64,000 bases of DNA from Bacteroidales bacterium (GTDB lineage: Bacteria > Bacteroidota > Bacteroidia > Bacteroidales > F082): positions 84,516 to 148,515 of the forward strand of contig JAEFAE010000003.1 in the NCBI GenBank assembly GCA_016291135.1, in the 5' to 3' direction. The position numbers were made by a program, and so were the translations under genes. The notes below the pieces were generated by a model. It saw nothing but the letters and a program-made list of their open reading frames with translations, was not told the DNA's origin and searched no databases. Below are positions 52,022-62,741 of the stretch, piece by piece; position 1 is the stretch's first letter; the number at the start of each line of letters is the position of its first letter.

Positions 52022-53089
52022 TTATTTCAGCGCTTTTTGTGCTTCCTCAAAGAGTTTCCATTGCGCCCGTGTGCGGACCAGGTTGTGTTCGGGATACCTT
52101 ATTTTATAATAGGTGTCACCATTAATATAGTCGGCAAAGAACCGTACGGCTTGCATGTATGGGAACAGACAGGCGGCATACGGCAGGTTTTCGCGCTCCA
52201 CTGGGGTTAGGAAGGATTTCGTGCCTTCCAGATAGCCTTCCAGGAAGGCATCGTAGATGGCCCTGTTGAAATGGATGTTCCCCAGGTCGGGGTCGTCCTC
52301 GGCGCCGGTGTTGGCCGCCGACCGCAGGAAATCGCCGAAATCGCTAAAGACAAAGCTCGGCATAATGGTATCTAAGTCAATGATACACAATACATTTCCT
52401 TCTTTGTCGAAGAGCATGTTGTTGACCTTGGTATCGCAATGGCAGATGCGTTTCGGAAGCTTGCCCTCGCGGTACAGGCGCTCGCCGAGGCACATGGCCG
52501 AGGCGTGCTCTTGGATCTTTTTGACATAATCTTGAACCTCTGCATCTTTCATCCTGCCCACAGGGTTGGCAGCGATGGCCTCCTCCAACTGTTTCAGGCG
52601 GAACTCGATGTTGTGGAAGTTGGGAATGATCTCCCCGATCGGCTCCTTCAAGTCGGCCAGCAGGGCCTCGAAGTCGCCGAAGTTGCGTCCGGCGTCGTAG
52701 GCCGATTGCGGGGTGACGGCCTCCTGGGTCACGCTGTCGGCGATGAAGTCCATCACCCGCCAGTACTCCTCACCTACCTTCACGTAAGTCTTTCCCGTGT
52801 CGGCTTTTAGGAAATGCAGCACCCGTCGGTTGATATCGGTCATCCCGGCCGCTTCATATTTACGACGGATATGGTCCGTCACGGTCTCGATGTTGCGCTG
52901 CAGCATCTCCACATCGGTGAACACCTTGTCGTTGATGTGCTGCAGGACGTAACGGGGCTGCTCCTCCCCTTTCATCATGATCTTAAACGTGTCGTTGATA
53001 AGGCCGTTGCCCAGCGGCAGCACGGCGTCGATATGTTCCGCAGTCACAAAATGGCTAGCGATCGTCTGCAGTGTTTGAGGTTCGTACAT
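52022..53089 (-). CDS. APH/choline-kinase-family phosphotransferase (sugar-kinase-like)
   Basis: 355-aa ORF with the catalytic loop ICHCDTKVNNMLFD (H-x-D-x4-N) and the downstream IIDLDT motif. Confidence 0.6.
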   Translation of the reverse strand: MYEPQTLQTIASHFVTAEHIDAVLPLGNGLINDTFKIMMKGEEQPRYVLQHINDKVFTDVEMLQRNIETVTDHIRRKYEAAGMTDINRRVLHFLKADTGKTYVKVGEEYWRVMDFIADSVTQEAVTPQSAYDAGRNFGDFEALLADLKEPIGEIIPNFHNIEFRLKQLEEAIAANPVGRMKDAEVQDYVKKIQEHASAMCLGERLYREGKLPKRICHCDTKVNNMLFDKEGNVLCIIDLDTIMPSFVFSDFGDFLRSAANTGAEDDPDLGNIHFNRAIYDAFLEGYLEGTKSFLTPVERENLPYAACLFPYMQAVRFFADYINGDTYYKIRYPEHNLVRTRAQWKLFEEAQKALK

Positions 53090-53260
53090 GGTTGGAAGTT
53101 TTTGACAAAGATAGAAATCTTGTTTGAAAAAGGAACAAAAAACGTTTATATATGCGAAGTTGATAAATTACCGAGCAATTATTTTTTGTTTTTCAGATAA
53201 GAAATAGAATGAATCATATCTTTTTATAAATTAGCCGCTTGAAATCAACACGATGAACCT

Positions 53261-54676
53261 ATGAAAACAAGACTTACCGCCATTATCCTTGTCGCGGCCA
53301 GTATCCTGATGGCTTGTACGCCCAAACCCAAAGAGGATCGCCACGGCAACTATGTCATTAAAGACAACATGATCGTATTTGATGAGCCGCAACGTGCCCC
53401 CGGGCAACAAAGCGTGCTGCAGTTCGCTGCCGATCCCATCGAGAATGTCCGCATTGGATTCATCGGCTTGGGCATGCGTGGCTATGACGCCGTGGACCGC
53501 ATCACTTATATCGATGGCGTCACCGTGACTGCCTTGTGCGACATCGTCCCCGATCGCGTGGAGAGCGTCCAGACCGATATTCTGGAAGCCCGTGGATTGC
53601 CTCGCGCCGCCGATTATTCGGGCAGTACGGAAAGCTGGATCGGACTCTGTGAGCGCGACGACGTCGACTTGGTGTATATCTGCACCGACTGGGTCAACCA
53701 CGTGCCGATGGCCGTCTATGCCATGCAACACGGCAAGCACGTGGCCGTTGAAGTGCCCGCCGCCACCTCCATCGAAGAATGCTGGCAACTGGTCGATGTG
53801 GCCGAACAGACACAACGCCACTGCATGATGCTCGAGAACTGCTGCTACGACTTCTTCGAGCTGACGGCCTTGAACATGGCCCAGCAAGGGATGTTCGGCG
53901 AGCTGATCCATGGCGAAGGCGCCTACATCCATAACCTGGAGCCTTTCTGGCACGAGTACTACGACAACTGGCGTCTCAAGTTCAACCAGAACCATGCGGG
54001 CGACGTGTATCCCACCCACGGCCTCGGACCCCTCTGCCAGGCCTTCAACATCCACCGTGGCGACCGCATGAAGACCCTGGTCTCGATGTCAACGCCGTCC
54101 TACAACGGCAAGAAGATTGCGAAGGAGATGATGAACACGGAGGAATTCGCCAATGGCGACATGACCACCACGATGATTTCCACCGAAAAAGGCAAGACCT
54201 TGTTGATCGAGCATAATGTCTATACCTACCGTCCTTACAACCGTCTGTACCAACTCACGGGCACCGAGGGTTTCGCCAACAAGTATCCCATTGAGGGCTT
54301 TACCGTGCTCGACGAGAAGCTGCCGGCAGGATTCCTTGCCGAGGGCCAGCACCTCAATCCCCATGGCTTTGTGCCCGCCGAAGTGCGCGACAAGATCATG
54401 AAGGAATACCTGCACCCCATCGCGGTGGAAATCGAAGAGAAAGCCAAGGAGGTTGGTGGCCACGGCGGCATGGACTTTATCATGGACTACCGCTTGATCT
54501 ACTGCCTGCACAACGGTCTGCCGCTCGACCAGGACGTGTACGACGCCGCTGAGTGGTCCTGCCTCGGCGAGCTCACCGCTGCCTCCATCGCCAACGGCGG
54601 TATGCCGGTGGCGATGCCCGATTTCACCCGTGGCGACTGGAACAAGGTCCAGGGGTACCGCCATGCTGTCAAGTGA
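53261..54676 (+). CDS. Gfo/Idh/MocA-family NAD-dependent enzyme, glycoside hydrolase family 109-like
   Basis: 471-aa ORF with a lipoprotein-type signal (MKTRLTAIILVAASILMAC) and a Rossmann start (RIGFIGLGMRG). Its length and C-terminal region are typical of GH109 alpha-N-acetylgalactosaminidase-like proteins of Bacteroidota. Confidence 0.6.
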   Translation: MKTRLTAIILVAASILMACTPKPKEDRHGNYVIKDNMIVFDEPQRAPGQQSVLQFAADPIENVRIGFIGLGMRGYDAVDRITYIDGVTVTALCDIVPDRVESVQTDILEARGLPRAADYSGSTESWIGLCERDDVDLVYICTDWVNHVPMAVYAMQHGKHVAVEVPAATSIEECWQLVDVAEQTQRHCMMLENCCYDFFELTALNMAQQGMFGELIHGEGAYIHNLEPFWHEYYDNWRLKFNQNHAGDVYPTHGLGPLCQAFNIHRGDRMKTLVSMSTPSYNGKKIAKEMMNTEEFANGDMTTTMISTEKGKTLLIEHNVYTYRPYNRLYQLTGTEGFANKYPIEGFTVLDEKLPAGFLAEGQHLNPHGFVPAEVRDKIMKEYLHPIAVEIEEKAKEVGGHGGMDFIMDYRLIYCLHNGLPLDQDVYDAAEWSCLGELTAASIANGGMPVAMPDFTRGDWNKVQGYRHAVK

Positions 54677-54702
54677 ATCACAGAACAGGAATCGTGAAAA
54701 AG

Positions 54703-54737
54703 CAAGAGAGGGTGACCCCAGCGGTCACCCTCTCTTG
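54703..54737. terminator. Bidirectional hairpin terminator between convergent genes
   Basis: Perfect 15-bp inverted repeat CAAGAGAGGGTGACC / GGTCACCCTCTCTTG with a 5-nt loop. It is flanked by an A-run upstream and TTGT downstream. Confidence 0.6.
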
Positions 54738-54759
54738 TTGTAAACAGTTGCAACCTGTC

Positions 54760-55575
54760 TTATTTCGAAGAAGGAAAGGTCAGGGTGAAGGTGGCACCGG
54801 TGTTGAGGTACATATAGCCTGTGCCCGGTTTAAGCTGGGTTAAGGAGCCCTGCCATTCGTTGCCTGAATACGTGGAAGTCTTGCCGACGTCCTTGATGAC
54901 GTCGCCTTCATTGGGTTGGATGCCAGACAGGGCCTCCTCCAAGGTCATCGAACGGGTCTCAGGAAATCCGATCCAGTTCCAGCCTGGAAAAAGCGTAATG
55001 GTGTTGGATTCCGGTTTGGCGAGGGTGCCATGGAGTGTCAACGGGGTGTCGTTCTTCACCAGGATCATGTACATCGACTTATTGGTGAAGGTCAGGTTGC
55101 CGTCATACCATACGCCGTTTTGGAGCATGCTGTTCTGGCTTATGTCCTTGATCAGCGATTCGTCGTTGTTTTGGGCGATGTCCTCCTTAAGTCCGGCAAT
55201 AAAACCGGCATCGCACTCCAAGAAGAACGAGACCCAATTCCAGCCAGCATACAGGCTTATTGTTTGTGTCGTTTGGGCAGGCGTCTCACTATCGGCATCC
55301 TGGTTGCCGCCTTGTCCATGGTCTCCCGGCAGGAGCGGGGTGTCCGAGGTTCCCGGGGTTACGATGCCGTCAGCATCATGGTTGCCACCTTGTCCATGGT
55401 CTCCCGGCAGGTTGGGATTCTCACCGTCACGGGTCACGACGAGACGTTCTTGTCCATAGAGGACACTGCCGCCAGCGGAACCCAGCAGGAACAGAAGCAC
55501 CAAGGCGGCAGCCACCTTGTTGAATGGGGCGTTATGAATTTTCGAGGGATGAGTGAAGGGTAATGGATTTTTCAT
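54760..55575 (-). CDS. Secreted protein with a duplicated LPGDHGQGGN-x-DAD motif and two GWNW-containing domains
   Basis: 271-aa ORF with an N-terminal hydrophobic signal (AAALVLLFLLGSAGG). A 78-nt-period DNA repeat covers 55291-55332 and 55369-55410. No recognisable family. Confidence 0.5.
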   Translation of the reverse strand: MKNPLPFTHPSKIHNAPFNKVAAALVLLFLLGSAGGSVLYGQERLVVTRDGENPNLPGDHGQGGNHDADGIVTPGTSDTPLLPGDHGQGGNQDADSETPAQTTQTISLYAGWNWVSFFLECDAGFIAGLKEDIAQNNDESLIKDISQNSMLQNGVWYDGNLTFTNKSMYMILVKNDTPLTLHGTLAKPESNTITLFPGWNWIGFPETRSMTLEEALSGIQPNEGDVIKDVGKTSTYSGNEWQGSLTQLKPGTGYMYLNTGATFTLTFPSSK

Positions 55576-55602
55576 GGGAAATGGATTTGGATGTTGAAAC
55601 GA

Positions 55603-57561
55603 TTAGGCCATGGCAGACTTGAAGAAGATTTCTGCGTCTTTCCAGACGGTGTAGTCTCGGGCGTAAAGCAGGTTGAGTTGGTTGTAAACGCTGGGGTCTT
55701 CGATGCCACCTGCCTTTTCCAGCGGTGTGGCGGGTGAATAGACACCCCGGCGGATCTTGGGAAGCTTCTGGAGCTCTTCGTCGGCATTGCAATAACCGAC
55801 CCAGGTGCGGCGCCCAATCAGCACGAGCAAGGCGTCTTTCAGGAAACGCACCGGCTTTTTCACCACCAACGCCAGCGGAAGCCAGAACAGGAGGCCGAAG
55901 CCGGAGAGGATGATGTCGATCAGCCGTTTGTTGCGCCGGTTGGCCACGGTATCGATGGCTTTGATATCGACGGTATAGAGGTCGCCCCGCGTGTTGATGC
56001 TGTTGCTGCCGATGATCGAGAGGCTGTCTTCGGGCGCGATCTTGTAATCGACGTTGGAGGCATGCCATTCCACCATCTTGTCGATGATGACCTGGTGCGG
56101 CACGTCCTTGGAGCAGAAGATGATCTCCGTAATCTTGTAGATGGTGATGATATCCGGTACCTGTGAAAGGTTGCCGATGAACCCGTCGGGGGCCTCCCCT
56201 TGCGTTTCCGAGCTGACCAGGCCGATGAAATCGGGCTTGATGGAGGTGCTTTGGAGGAGCGACTCCACCCGATGGGCTTCCTCGGGGCTGCCGATCAACA
56301 GGAAACGCTTCTTGGCGTTGTGTTTCGAGAGGAAGGTCTCATTCCCCATCGCCATGCCGATCAGCCGCACCACACTCATCACCAGGGCGAGCCAGAGCGT
56401 GCCGAAGACGATCAAGGCACGCGAGAAGCGGAGCGACTCAGGCAGCAAGGCGTAGAGCATCAGCACGAAGACGCTGCCAATGGCGACGCCGAACACCCCC
56501 TTGCTAAGGCGATAGGGCTTGTCGTAGCCGCCTGCGAAGTAGGTGCACAGCAGCCAGATGAGGATGTAGGCGGGCAATACCACGGCAAACAAGGTGGTCG
56601 GATAGCTTCCCGAGCCGCCGTACACCATGCTCTTGCCCCAGAAATAGCTGATGGCGGCCAGCCCGCCATAACCCAACACCGCGTCGAGGAAGGGGATGGC
56701 GATCTTGTGGAAGAATTGGCTGAGTAAGGCCAGGAAGGCCTTGAAGTAGATGGCCATGTTGATGAAAAACGAGAACCAGAAGGCCCGTTTCTGCCCGAAG
56801 TGCTTCTTGGCGAAGATCTCCATGGCCTTGTAGAACACCAGGACGTAGTTGACGCTGGTCTTCTTGGTGCTCTCCCCTTTGTAGTGGATGATGCGGGTCT
56901 CGGGGAAGTAGTAGTTCTTGTAACCGCCTTGGGTGATGCGGTACGAAAGGTCGATGTCTTCGCCATACATGAAGAAGGTCTCGTCAAGGAGTCCCACCTT
57001 GTCCAAGGTCTCTCGTCGCATCAGCATGAAGGCGCCGGCCAGGATCTCCACCTCGTTGGTCTCATCGTCGGAGAGATGTCCCATGTAATAACGGGCAAAG
57101 CGCTTGGAATGCGGAAACAGCTTGGCCAGGCCGAACATCTTGTAGAAAGCCGCCGCCGGCGTGGGCAGTCCACGCTTCGACTCGGGAAGGAAATTACCCT
57201 TGCCGTCCACCATCTTCACGCCAAGGCCTCCCGCGTCGGGATGGGCATCCATAAAGGCGATGCACTTCGCGAAGGTGTCGTCCTCGACCACCGTGTCGGG
57301 GTTGAGCAGCAAGACGTACTGTCCCGTGGAGACGCGGATGGCCTGGTTGTTGGCCCGGCTGAAGCCCACGTTGTCCTTGTTGGCGATGACGTTCACCTCG
57401 GGAAACTTCTCCGAGAGCATCCTGAGCGAGCCGTCCACCGAGTTGTTGTCGACCACAAACACTTCGCCTTCAATGCCCTGCATGGCCCTGCGGACCGAAT
57501 AGAGACATTGCTCGAGGAAATGCTCCACATTGTAGTTGACGATGACGACGGATAGTTTCAT
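55603..57561 (-). CDS. Family 2 glycosyltransferase fused to a multi-TM region and a degenerate sugar-transferase-like C-terminus
   Basis: About 652 aa from MKLSVVIVNYNVEHFLEQCL...VFVVDNNSVDGS (GT2 signature, with DTVVEDD and GAFMLMRRE). Several hydrophobic helices occupy the middle. The C-terminal RRNKRLIDIILSGFGLLFWLPL resembles the start of bacterial sugar transferases. Confidence 0.65.
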   Translation of the reverse strand: MKLSVVIVNYNVEHFLEQCLYSVRRAMQGIEGEVFVVDNNSVDGSLRMLSEKFPEVNVIANKDNVGFSRANNQAIRVSTGQYVLLLNPDTVVEDDTFAKCIAFMDAHPDAGGLGVKMVDGKGNFLPESKRGLPTPAAAFYKMFGLAKLFPHSKRFARYYMGHLSDDETNEVEILAGAFMLMRRETLDKVGLLDETFFMYGEDIDLSYRITQGGYKNYYFPETRIIHYKGESTKKTSVNYVLVFYKAMEIFAKKHFGQKRAFWFSFFINMAIYFKAFLALLSQFFHKIAIPFLDAVLGYGGLAAISYFWGKSMVYGGSGSYPTTLFAVVLPAYILIWLLCTYFAGGYDKPYRLSKGVFGVAIGSVFVLMLYALLPESLRFSRALIVFGTLWLALVMSVVRLIGMAMGNETFLSKHNAKKRFLLIGSPEEAHRVESLLQSTSIKPDFIGLVSSETQGEAPDGFIGNLSQVPDIITIYKITEIIFCSKDVPHQVIIDKMVEWHASNVDYKIAPEDSLSIIGSNSINTRGDLYTVDIKAIDTVANRRNKRLIDIILSGFGLLFWLPLALVVKKPVRFLKDALLVLIGRRTWVGYCNADEELQKLPKIRRGVYSPATPLEKAGGIEDPSVYNQLNLLYARDYTVWKDAEIFFKSAMA

Positions 57562-57669
57562 GGCGTAATAACGGCCAAAATTAGGAAATTTTCCCAAAAG
57601 GATTGCTGTAGTAACGATTATTCCCCGAAAGAATTGTAATTTTGACCCGATTTATTCGTTAGTCTCGTT

Positions 57670-59382
57670 ATGGAAGATCAAACCAGGACATCGCTGCGTT
57701 TCGGCATCATGGTCGACGACCTCGCGCTGGAGGCGTGGAAGGTGGATGCGGTCAAGCTGCTCGTGGAAGGTGGCATGACCCTCGCCCTGGTGATCCGCAA
57801 CGGGGCGCCGGCCCCTTCGAAGGGATTCTTCCAGAAACTCGCCCACTATCCGGTGCGGCGGCTGTTCTTCCAACGGTGGAACCACCGTCAGTTCAAGCCG
57901 GAGAGCAAGCGGATGAAAGCATTGGCTCCTGCCCTTGCCCCGCTGGGGCTGAAGCTGGAGGAAGTGCCTTCCCTGATCTGTGTCCCTGTGGAGAAAGGTG
58001 CTTCAACCTTTATTTCAAATAACGATATCGAAAGTATTCGTTTACAAGAACTTGACTTCATATTACGCTTTGGATTCGGTATCCTGAAAGGCGCGATCTT
58101 GCAGGCCGCCCGCTACGGCGTATGGTCCTATCATCACGACGACGAGATGGTCTATCGGGGCGGCCCGCCCGGTTTCTGGGAGTGGATGCACAACGATCCC
58201 CGCAACGGGGTGATCCTGCAACGGCTGACCGAGTCGCTCGATCGGGGCTACGTCCTCCAGAAACGCTGGTATCCCACCCTCCTCCATTCCTATAGGGCGC
58301 ATCTCGACCAACTGTATTTCGACAGTGCCGACATGCCCTTGCAGGTGTGTCGTGAGCTCCTGCATACCGGTGAACTTCGGGAGACGCTTTCCGAGTCGAA
58401 GGCCTCGTTGTACCGACCTCCGTTGAACTACCAGATGTTGCAGTATTGGATCCGGTGCCCCTTCCGTCGGCTCCGTTTTCACCTGCATGACCTCTTTCGT
58501 CAGGAAGACTGGGATGTAGGCTATGTGGAGGCGCCGTTGAACGAATTTTTGGAATCACCCCAACATGATGCCGACCAGGTGCACTGGTTTCGTCGCCGTC
58601 GGGCCTCCTTGTACTATGCGGATCCCTTCGTGGTGACCACCTCAAAGGATACGTACATCTTTTTCGAACAATACGACTACCGTAAGGGCCGGGGCTGTCT
58701 CCAGGCGGCGAAGCGTTCCGAGGAATTCAAGAAACACTATACCCTGTTGGAGGAAGGCTATCACCTCTCCTATCCCTCGGTCATCGAGCATGAGGGGGTG
58801 GTCTACTGCCTCCCCGAAGCCAACGCCTCGCAGCGGATCAACCTGTACCGTTTCAACGAGAAGGCGATGAAGCTGGAACAGGAATGCGTGTTGATGGAGC
58901 ACGTCCGTGCCGTGGATCCCACGCTGTTGTTCCGCGACGGCCGCTGGAACCTCTTCTTCACCCAGAAGGACTTCCCCAGCGTGAAGCTTTATCGTTACCT
59001 CGCCGACGACCTCCACGGTCCCTATGTGCCTTTCTTCGGCAATCCCGTCAAAGTGGACTGCGCCGACGCACGCCCCGCAGGATCGTTCTTCGAGTTGCAC
59101 GGGGTGTTGGTGCGACCGGCTCAGGACTGTGTCCGCTATTACGGCAATGCGGTTCATCTGAACCGGGTGGACCGGCTCGACGAAGACACTTTCGAGGAGT
59201 CCATCATGGACACGGTGGCGCCCTTCGCGTCGTCCAGCTTCAAACAAGGCCTCCATACCCTGAATGGCAACGGTACCTTGACCGTGTTCGACGGCAAGCG
59301 CTGGCGTTTCACCCTCTCCGGCTTCTTTAGGCAGTGGCGGGTCAAGCGTAACGACAGGGAGAACAGGAGGTCGCATGTTTAA
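57670..59382 (+). CDS. Formyltransferase-fold N-domain protein with a large C-terminal domain of unknown function
   Basis: 570-aa ORF. WSYHHDDEMVYRGGPPGFWEWMHNDPRNGVILQRLTESLDRGYVLQK resembles the catalytic core pattern of formyl_trans_N enzymes (H...RG...W.....GV......D.G.vl.q). Confidence 0.45.
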   Translation: MEDQTRTSLRFGIMVDDLALEAWKVDAVKLLVEGGMTLALVIRNGAPAPSKGFFQKLAHYPVRRLFFQRWNHRQFKPESKRMKALAPALAPLGLKLEEVPSLICVPVEKGASTFISNNDIESIRLQELDFILRFGFGILKGAILQAARYGVWSYHHDDEMVYRGGPPGFWEWMHNDPRNGVILQRLTESLDRGYVLQKRWYPTLLHSYRAHLDQLYFDSADMPLQVCRELLHTGELRETLSESKASLYRPPLNYQMLQYWIRCPFRRLRFHLHDLFRQEDWDVGYVEAPLNEFLESPQHDADQVHWFRRRRASLYYADPFVVTTSKDTYIFFEQYDYRKGRGCLQAAKRSEEFKKHYTLLEEGYHLSYPSVIEHEGVVYCLPEANASQRINLYRFNEKAMKLEQECVLMEHVRAVDPTLLFRDGRWNLFFTQKDFPSVKLYRYLADDLHGPYVPFFGNPVKVDCADARPAGSFFELHGVLVRPAQDCVRYYGNAVHLNRVDRLDEDTFEESIMDTVAPFASSSFKQGLHTLNGNGTLTVFDGKRWRFTLSGFFRQWRVKRNDRENRRSHV

Positions 59383-60676
59383 GAAGATCCTGGGAACGGG
59401 CATGACGCGGGTGATGAACCTGCTGATCGGCTTCATCACGATGATGATGGGTACCCGGGTGCTGGGCCCTGCCGAATGGGGCATCGGTTTCACCATCCTG
59501 ACTGACGTGACCTTCCTCTTGATCGGTATCGAGTTCCTCGCCGGCAGCGGATTGGTGTATTTCACCCCAAGGAAGAAGCTTTCGACCTTGATGACGGTCT
59601 CCTACACCTGGATCCTGATGGTGATGGCCTTGTATGTGCTGCTGTTCTGGATCCTGTCGTACCATCCCGTGGTCTTCGACCGCATTGTCCCCAAAGGCTA
59701 CGAGGGGTTGACCTTGCTGCTGACGCTCATCTATAGCTTCCATAACTTCAACCTGAACGTGCTGCTCGGCAAGGAGAAGGTGGGCACCTTCAACTGGATC
59801 TTCCTGTTGCAGATCTTCGTCCAGGTATGCTCCATGGCCCTGTTCATCTTCGTGTTTGGCCTGCGCGACGCCCATGCCTTCGTCTATTCCCTGCTTTGCG
59901 GCTATTCCACGGCTTTTGTGGTGGGCCTCCTGTTCGTCCTTCCCATGCTCAAGAAGGAAGGGCGCGACCCTTTGCTGCCTACGGCCAAGGAGATGCTGCG
60001 CTATGGCTACGTGATCCAGCTCTCCACCCTCGTCAGCACCTTGAACCGCCGCATGAGCATCTATCTGATCCGTCAGCACTGTACGGAGAAAGCCGTGGGC
60101 GTGTATGGTGCCGGTTCCCAGGTCGGTGAGGGCGTCAAGGTGTTCGGCCTGAGCATCTCGATGGTGCAGTTCTCTCGTTTGAGCAACCTCACCGACCCCA
60201 AGCAGATCGTGTCGCTTACCATCAAATTCCTGAAAATCACCGTAGTGCTGACCCTGCTCTCTTTGTTGGTGTTGGCCTGTTTGCCGGTGGGCTTCTTCGA
60301 ATGGCTGTTCTCCAGCGAGTTTGGCGAGGTCAAGCGCATCATCCTGCTCATGTCGCCCGGACTGCTCTTCCTCTCGGCCCAGATGATCTTCTCGCATTAC
60401 TTCTCTGGGACGGGCGTGCCGAAATACAACCTCTACGCCTCGCTGACGGGCTTGGCCGTGACCATCCCCTGCACCTTCCTGCTGATCCCTCCCTACGGCA
60501 TTACAGGCGCTGCGGTGGCGTTCTCCTGTACCTACACCGCCATCATGCTCTACCAGTGGTTTGCCTTCAGGCGACTGACGGGGGTTAAGGCGCGCGACCT
60601 GTTGTTGACAAAAGAAGACTGGAATTGGTGTAAAGAGGAATTTTTCGCTATCTTTGCAAAAAATAAGGAATCATGA
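59375..60676 (+). CDS. Polysaccharide biosynthesis or export protein (Wzx/MOP flippase-like)
   Basis: 433-aa ORF with about 12 hydrophobic helices. It overlaps the upstream gene by 8 nt. Confidence 0.6.
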   Translation: MFKKILGTGMTRVMNLLIGFITMMMGTRVLGPAEWGIGFTILTDVTFLLIGIEFLAGSGLVYFTPRKKLSTLMTVSYTWILMVMALYVLLFWILSYHPVVFDRIVPKGYEGLTLLLTLIYSFHNFNLNVLLGKEKVGTFNWIFLLQIFVQVCSMALFIFVFGLRDAHAFVYSLLCGYSTAFVVGLLFVLPMLKKEGRDPLLPTAKEMLRYGYVIQLSTLVSTLNRRMSIYLIRQHCTEKAVGVYGAGSQVGEGVKVFGLSISMVQFSRLSNLTDPKQIVSLTIKFLKITVVLTLLSLLVLACLPVGFFEWLFSSEFGEVKRIILLMSPGLLFLSAQMIFSHYFSGTGVPKYNLYASLTGLAVTIPCTFLLIPPYGITGAAVAFSCTYTAIMLYQWFAFRRLTGVKARDLLLTKEDWNWCKEEFFAIFAKNKES

Positions 60677-62619
60677 CAAACGAAGTGTTAGACGACGAAC
60701 GCGATATCTTCACCCAACCTGAGGAAACGCCGGCCGTGACAGGGCATTACGGCGAAGACCAGATCATCCACTTGGAGGACATGGAACACATCCGCCTCCG
60801 TCCGGGCATGTATATCGGCAAGCTGGGCGACGGCGCCTCGCAAGACGACGGCATCTACGTGTTGATCAAGGAGGTCATGGACAACTCCATCGACGAGTTC
60901 ACCTCCGGATACGGAAAGAAAATCGAACTGCATATCGACACCAACGAGAAAAAGGTCTCCATCCGCGACTATGGCCGGGGCATTCCCTTGGGCAAGCTGG
61001 TGGAGGCTGTGTCGCAGCTGAATACCGGTGCCAAGTACGACAGCAAGGTGTTCCAGAAGTCGGTCGGACTGAACGGCGTGGGTACCAAGGCGGTGAATGC
61101 GCTCTCCTCCTATTTCAAGGTGCAGTCCATCCGCGAAGGCAAGACGCGCATCGTGGAATTCGCCCAAGGCAAGATGACCTCCGACACGGGCATCGTTCCG
61201 TATGATGGTGGCGAGGAAAGCGGCACCTTGGTGGAGTTCATCCCCGACAGCGCCAAGTTCGGCAACTACCACTATGTGGACGACTATGTGGAGAAACGGG
61301 TCTGGAACTACGCTTACCTGAACCGGGGACTGACCTTGGTCTACAACGACAAGCGCTACTACTCCAAGAATGGTCTGCTCGACCTGTTGAACAACAACAT
61401 GGAAGGCGAAGGCCTCTACCCCATCATCCATATCAAAGACGGCGATTTCGAGGCGGCTTTCACCCATGTCAACGGCCAGTCGAGCGACTATTTCTACTCG
61501 TTTGTCAACGGCCAGCACACCACCGAGGGCGGCACACACCAGTCGGCGTTCCGCGAGGGCTATGCCCGTGTGGTGCGTGAGTTCTTCCAAAAGGAGTACG
61601 AGCCCGCCGACATCCGGCAAGGCCTGATCTGCGCCCTCTGTGTGCGCATCCAGGAACCGGTGTTCGAGGCACAGACCAAGACCAAGCTGGGCTCTACCCA
61701 CCTGGCGCCCAACAACCCCGATGGCACCAACGACAGCCCCTTCCTCAAGACCTACGTGTTCGACATCCTCAAACGGCACCTCGACAACTACCTGCACAAG
61801 AACCCCGAGACCGTCACGGTGTTGCAGCAGAAGATCCAGGCCAACGAGAAGGAACGCAAAGAGATTGCCGGCATCAAGAAGGCGGCCCGCGAGAGCGCCA
61901 AGAAAGTCAGCCTCAACAACAAGAAGCTGCGTGACTGCCGTATCCACTTGAACACCAACCACGAGAAACGGCTGGAGAGCACCCTCTTCATCACCGAGGG
62001 CGACTCCGCTTCGGGAAGCATCACCAAGAGCCGCGACGTGCAGACCCAGGCCGTGTTCAGCCTCCGGGGCAAGCCGCTCAACTGCTTGGGCATGACCAAG
62101 AAAGTGTGCTACGAGAACGAGGAGTTCAACTTGCTGCAGGCAGCCCTGAACATCGACGAGGACATCGAGAACCTCCGTTACAACAACATCGTCATCGCCA
62201 CCGATGCCGATGTCGACGGCATGCACATCCGCCTGCTCATGCTCACCTTCTTCCTCCAGTTCTATCCCGACGTGGTCCGTAACGGGCATGTCTATATCCT
62301 GCAGACGCCCCTGTTCCGGGTGCGCAACAAGAAAGAGACCCACTACTGTTATTCCGAGGAGGAACGCATCAATGCCATCGTGCAATGCGGCAAGCAGGCC
62401 GAGATCACCCGTTTCAAGGGCTTGGGCGAGATCTCGCCCGACGAGTTCCGTGCCTTCATCGGACCCAACATGCGGTTGGAGCCGGTGATCCTGCAGTACG
62501 ACTTCGGCATCAAGGAACTGCTGAAATACTACATGGGCAACAACACCCCTGAGCGGCAACGCTTTATCATCGACAACCTACGCATCGAAGACGACACCTA
62601 TATAGATAAAATACAATAA
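60673..62619 (+). CDS. parE: Type IIA topoisomerase subunit B, probably topoisomerase IV ParE
   Basis: 648-aa ORF with a GHKL ATPase N-terminus ([12 protein letters not shown]...[11 protein letters not shown]...GRGIP...[13 protein letters not shown]) and a Toprim domain ([30 protein letters not shown]). The ParE versus GyrB choice is based on the atypical N-terminus and is uncertain. Confidence 0.7.
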   Translation: MTNEVLDDERDIFTQPEETPAVTGHYGEDQIIHLEDMEHIRLRPGMYIGKLGDGASQDDGIYVLIKEVMDNSIDEFTSGYGKKIELHIDTNEKKVSIRDYGRGIPLGKLVEAVSQLNTGAKYDSKVFQKSVGLNGVGTKAVNALSSYFKVQSIREGKTRIVEFAQGKMTSDTGIVPYDGGEESGTLVEFIPDSAKFGNYHYVDDYVEKRVWNYAYLNRGLTLVYNDKRYYSKNGLLDLLNNNMEGEGLYPIIHIKDGDFEAAFTHVNGQSSDYFYSFVNGQHTTEGGTHQSAFREGYARVVREFFQKEYEPADIRQGLICALCVRIQEPVFEAQTKTKLGSTHLAPNNPDGTNDSPFLKTYVFDILKRHLDNYLHKNPETVTVLQQKIQANEKERKEIAGIKKAARESAKKVSLNNKKLRDCRIHLNTNHEKRLESTLFITEGDSASGSITKSRDVQTQAVFSLRGKPLNCLGMTKKVCYENEEFNLLQAALNIDEDIENLRYNNIVIATDADVDGMHIRLLMLTFFLQFYPDVVRNGHVYILQTPLFRVRNKKETHYCYSEEERINAIVQCGKQAEITRFKGLGEISPDEFRAFIGPNMRLEPVILQYDFGIKELLKYYMGNNTPERQRFIIDNLRIEDDTYIDKIQ

Positions 62620-62643
62620 CCCCACTCCTGACTACAACCTCGG

Positions 62644-62717
62644 CCACAACCCCGTAGGGGTTACCTGTCGGTAACCACGGGGTTGACCAAAGGGAAACCC
62701 CTGGAACAAAACACAAC
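62644..62717. repeat. REP-like nested-hairpin element, copy B
   Basis: Sequence is CCACAACCCCGTAGGGGTTACCTGTCGGTAACCACGGGGTTGACCAAAGGGAAACCCCTGGAACAAAACACAAC. It has three mutually exclusive or nested stems: AACCCC/GGGGTT, GGTTACC/GGTAACC and AACCCCGT/ACGGGGTT. Confidence 0.85.
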
Positions 62718-62741
62718 ACATATAATAAAACACGATACCCT

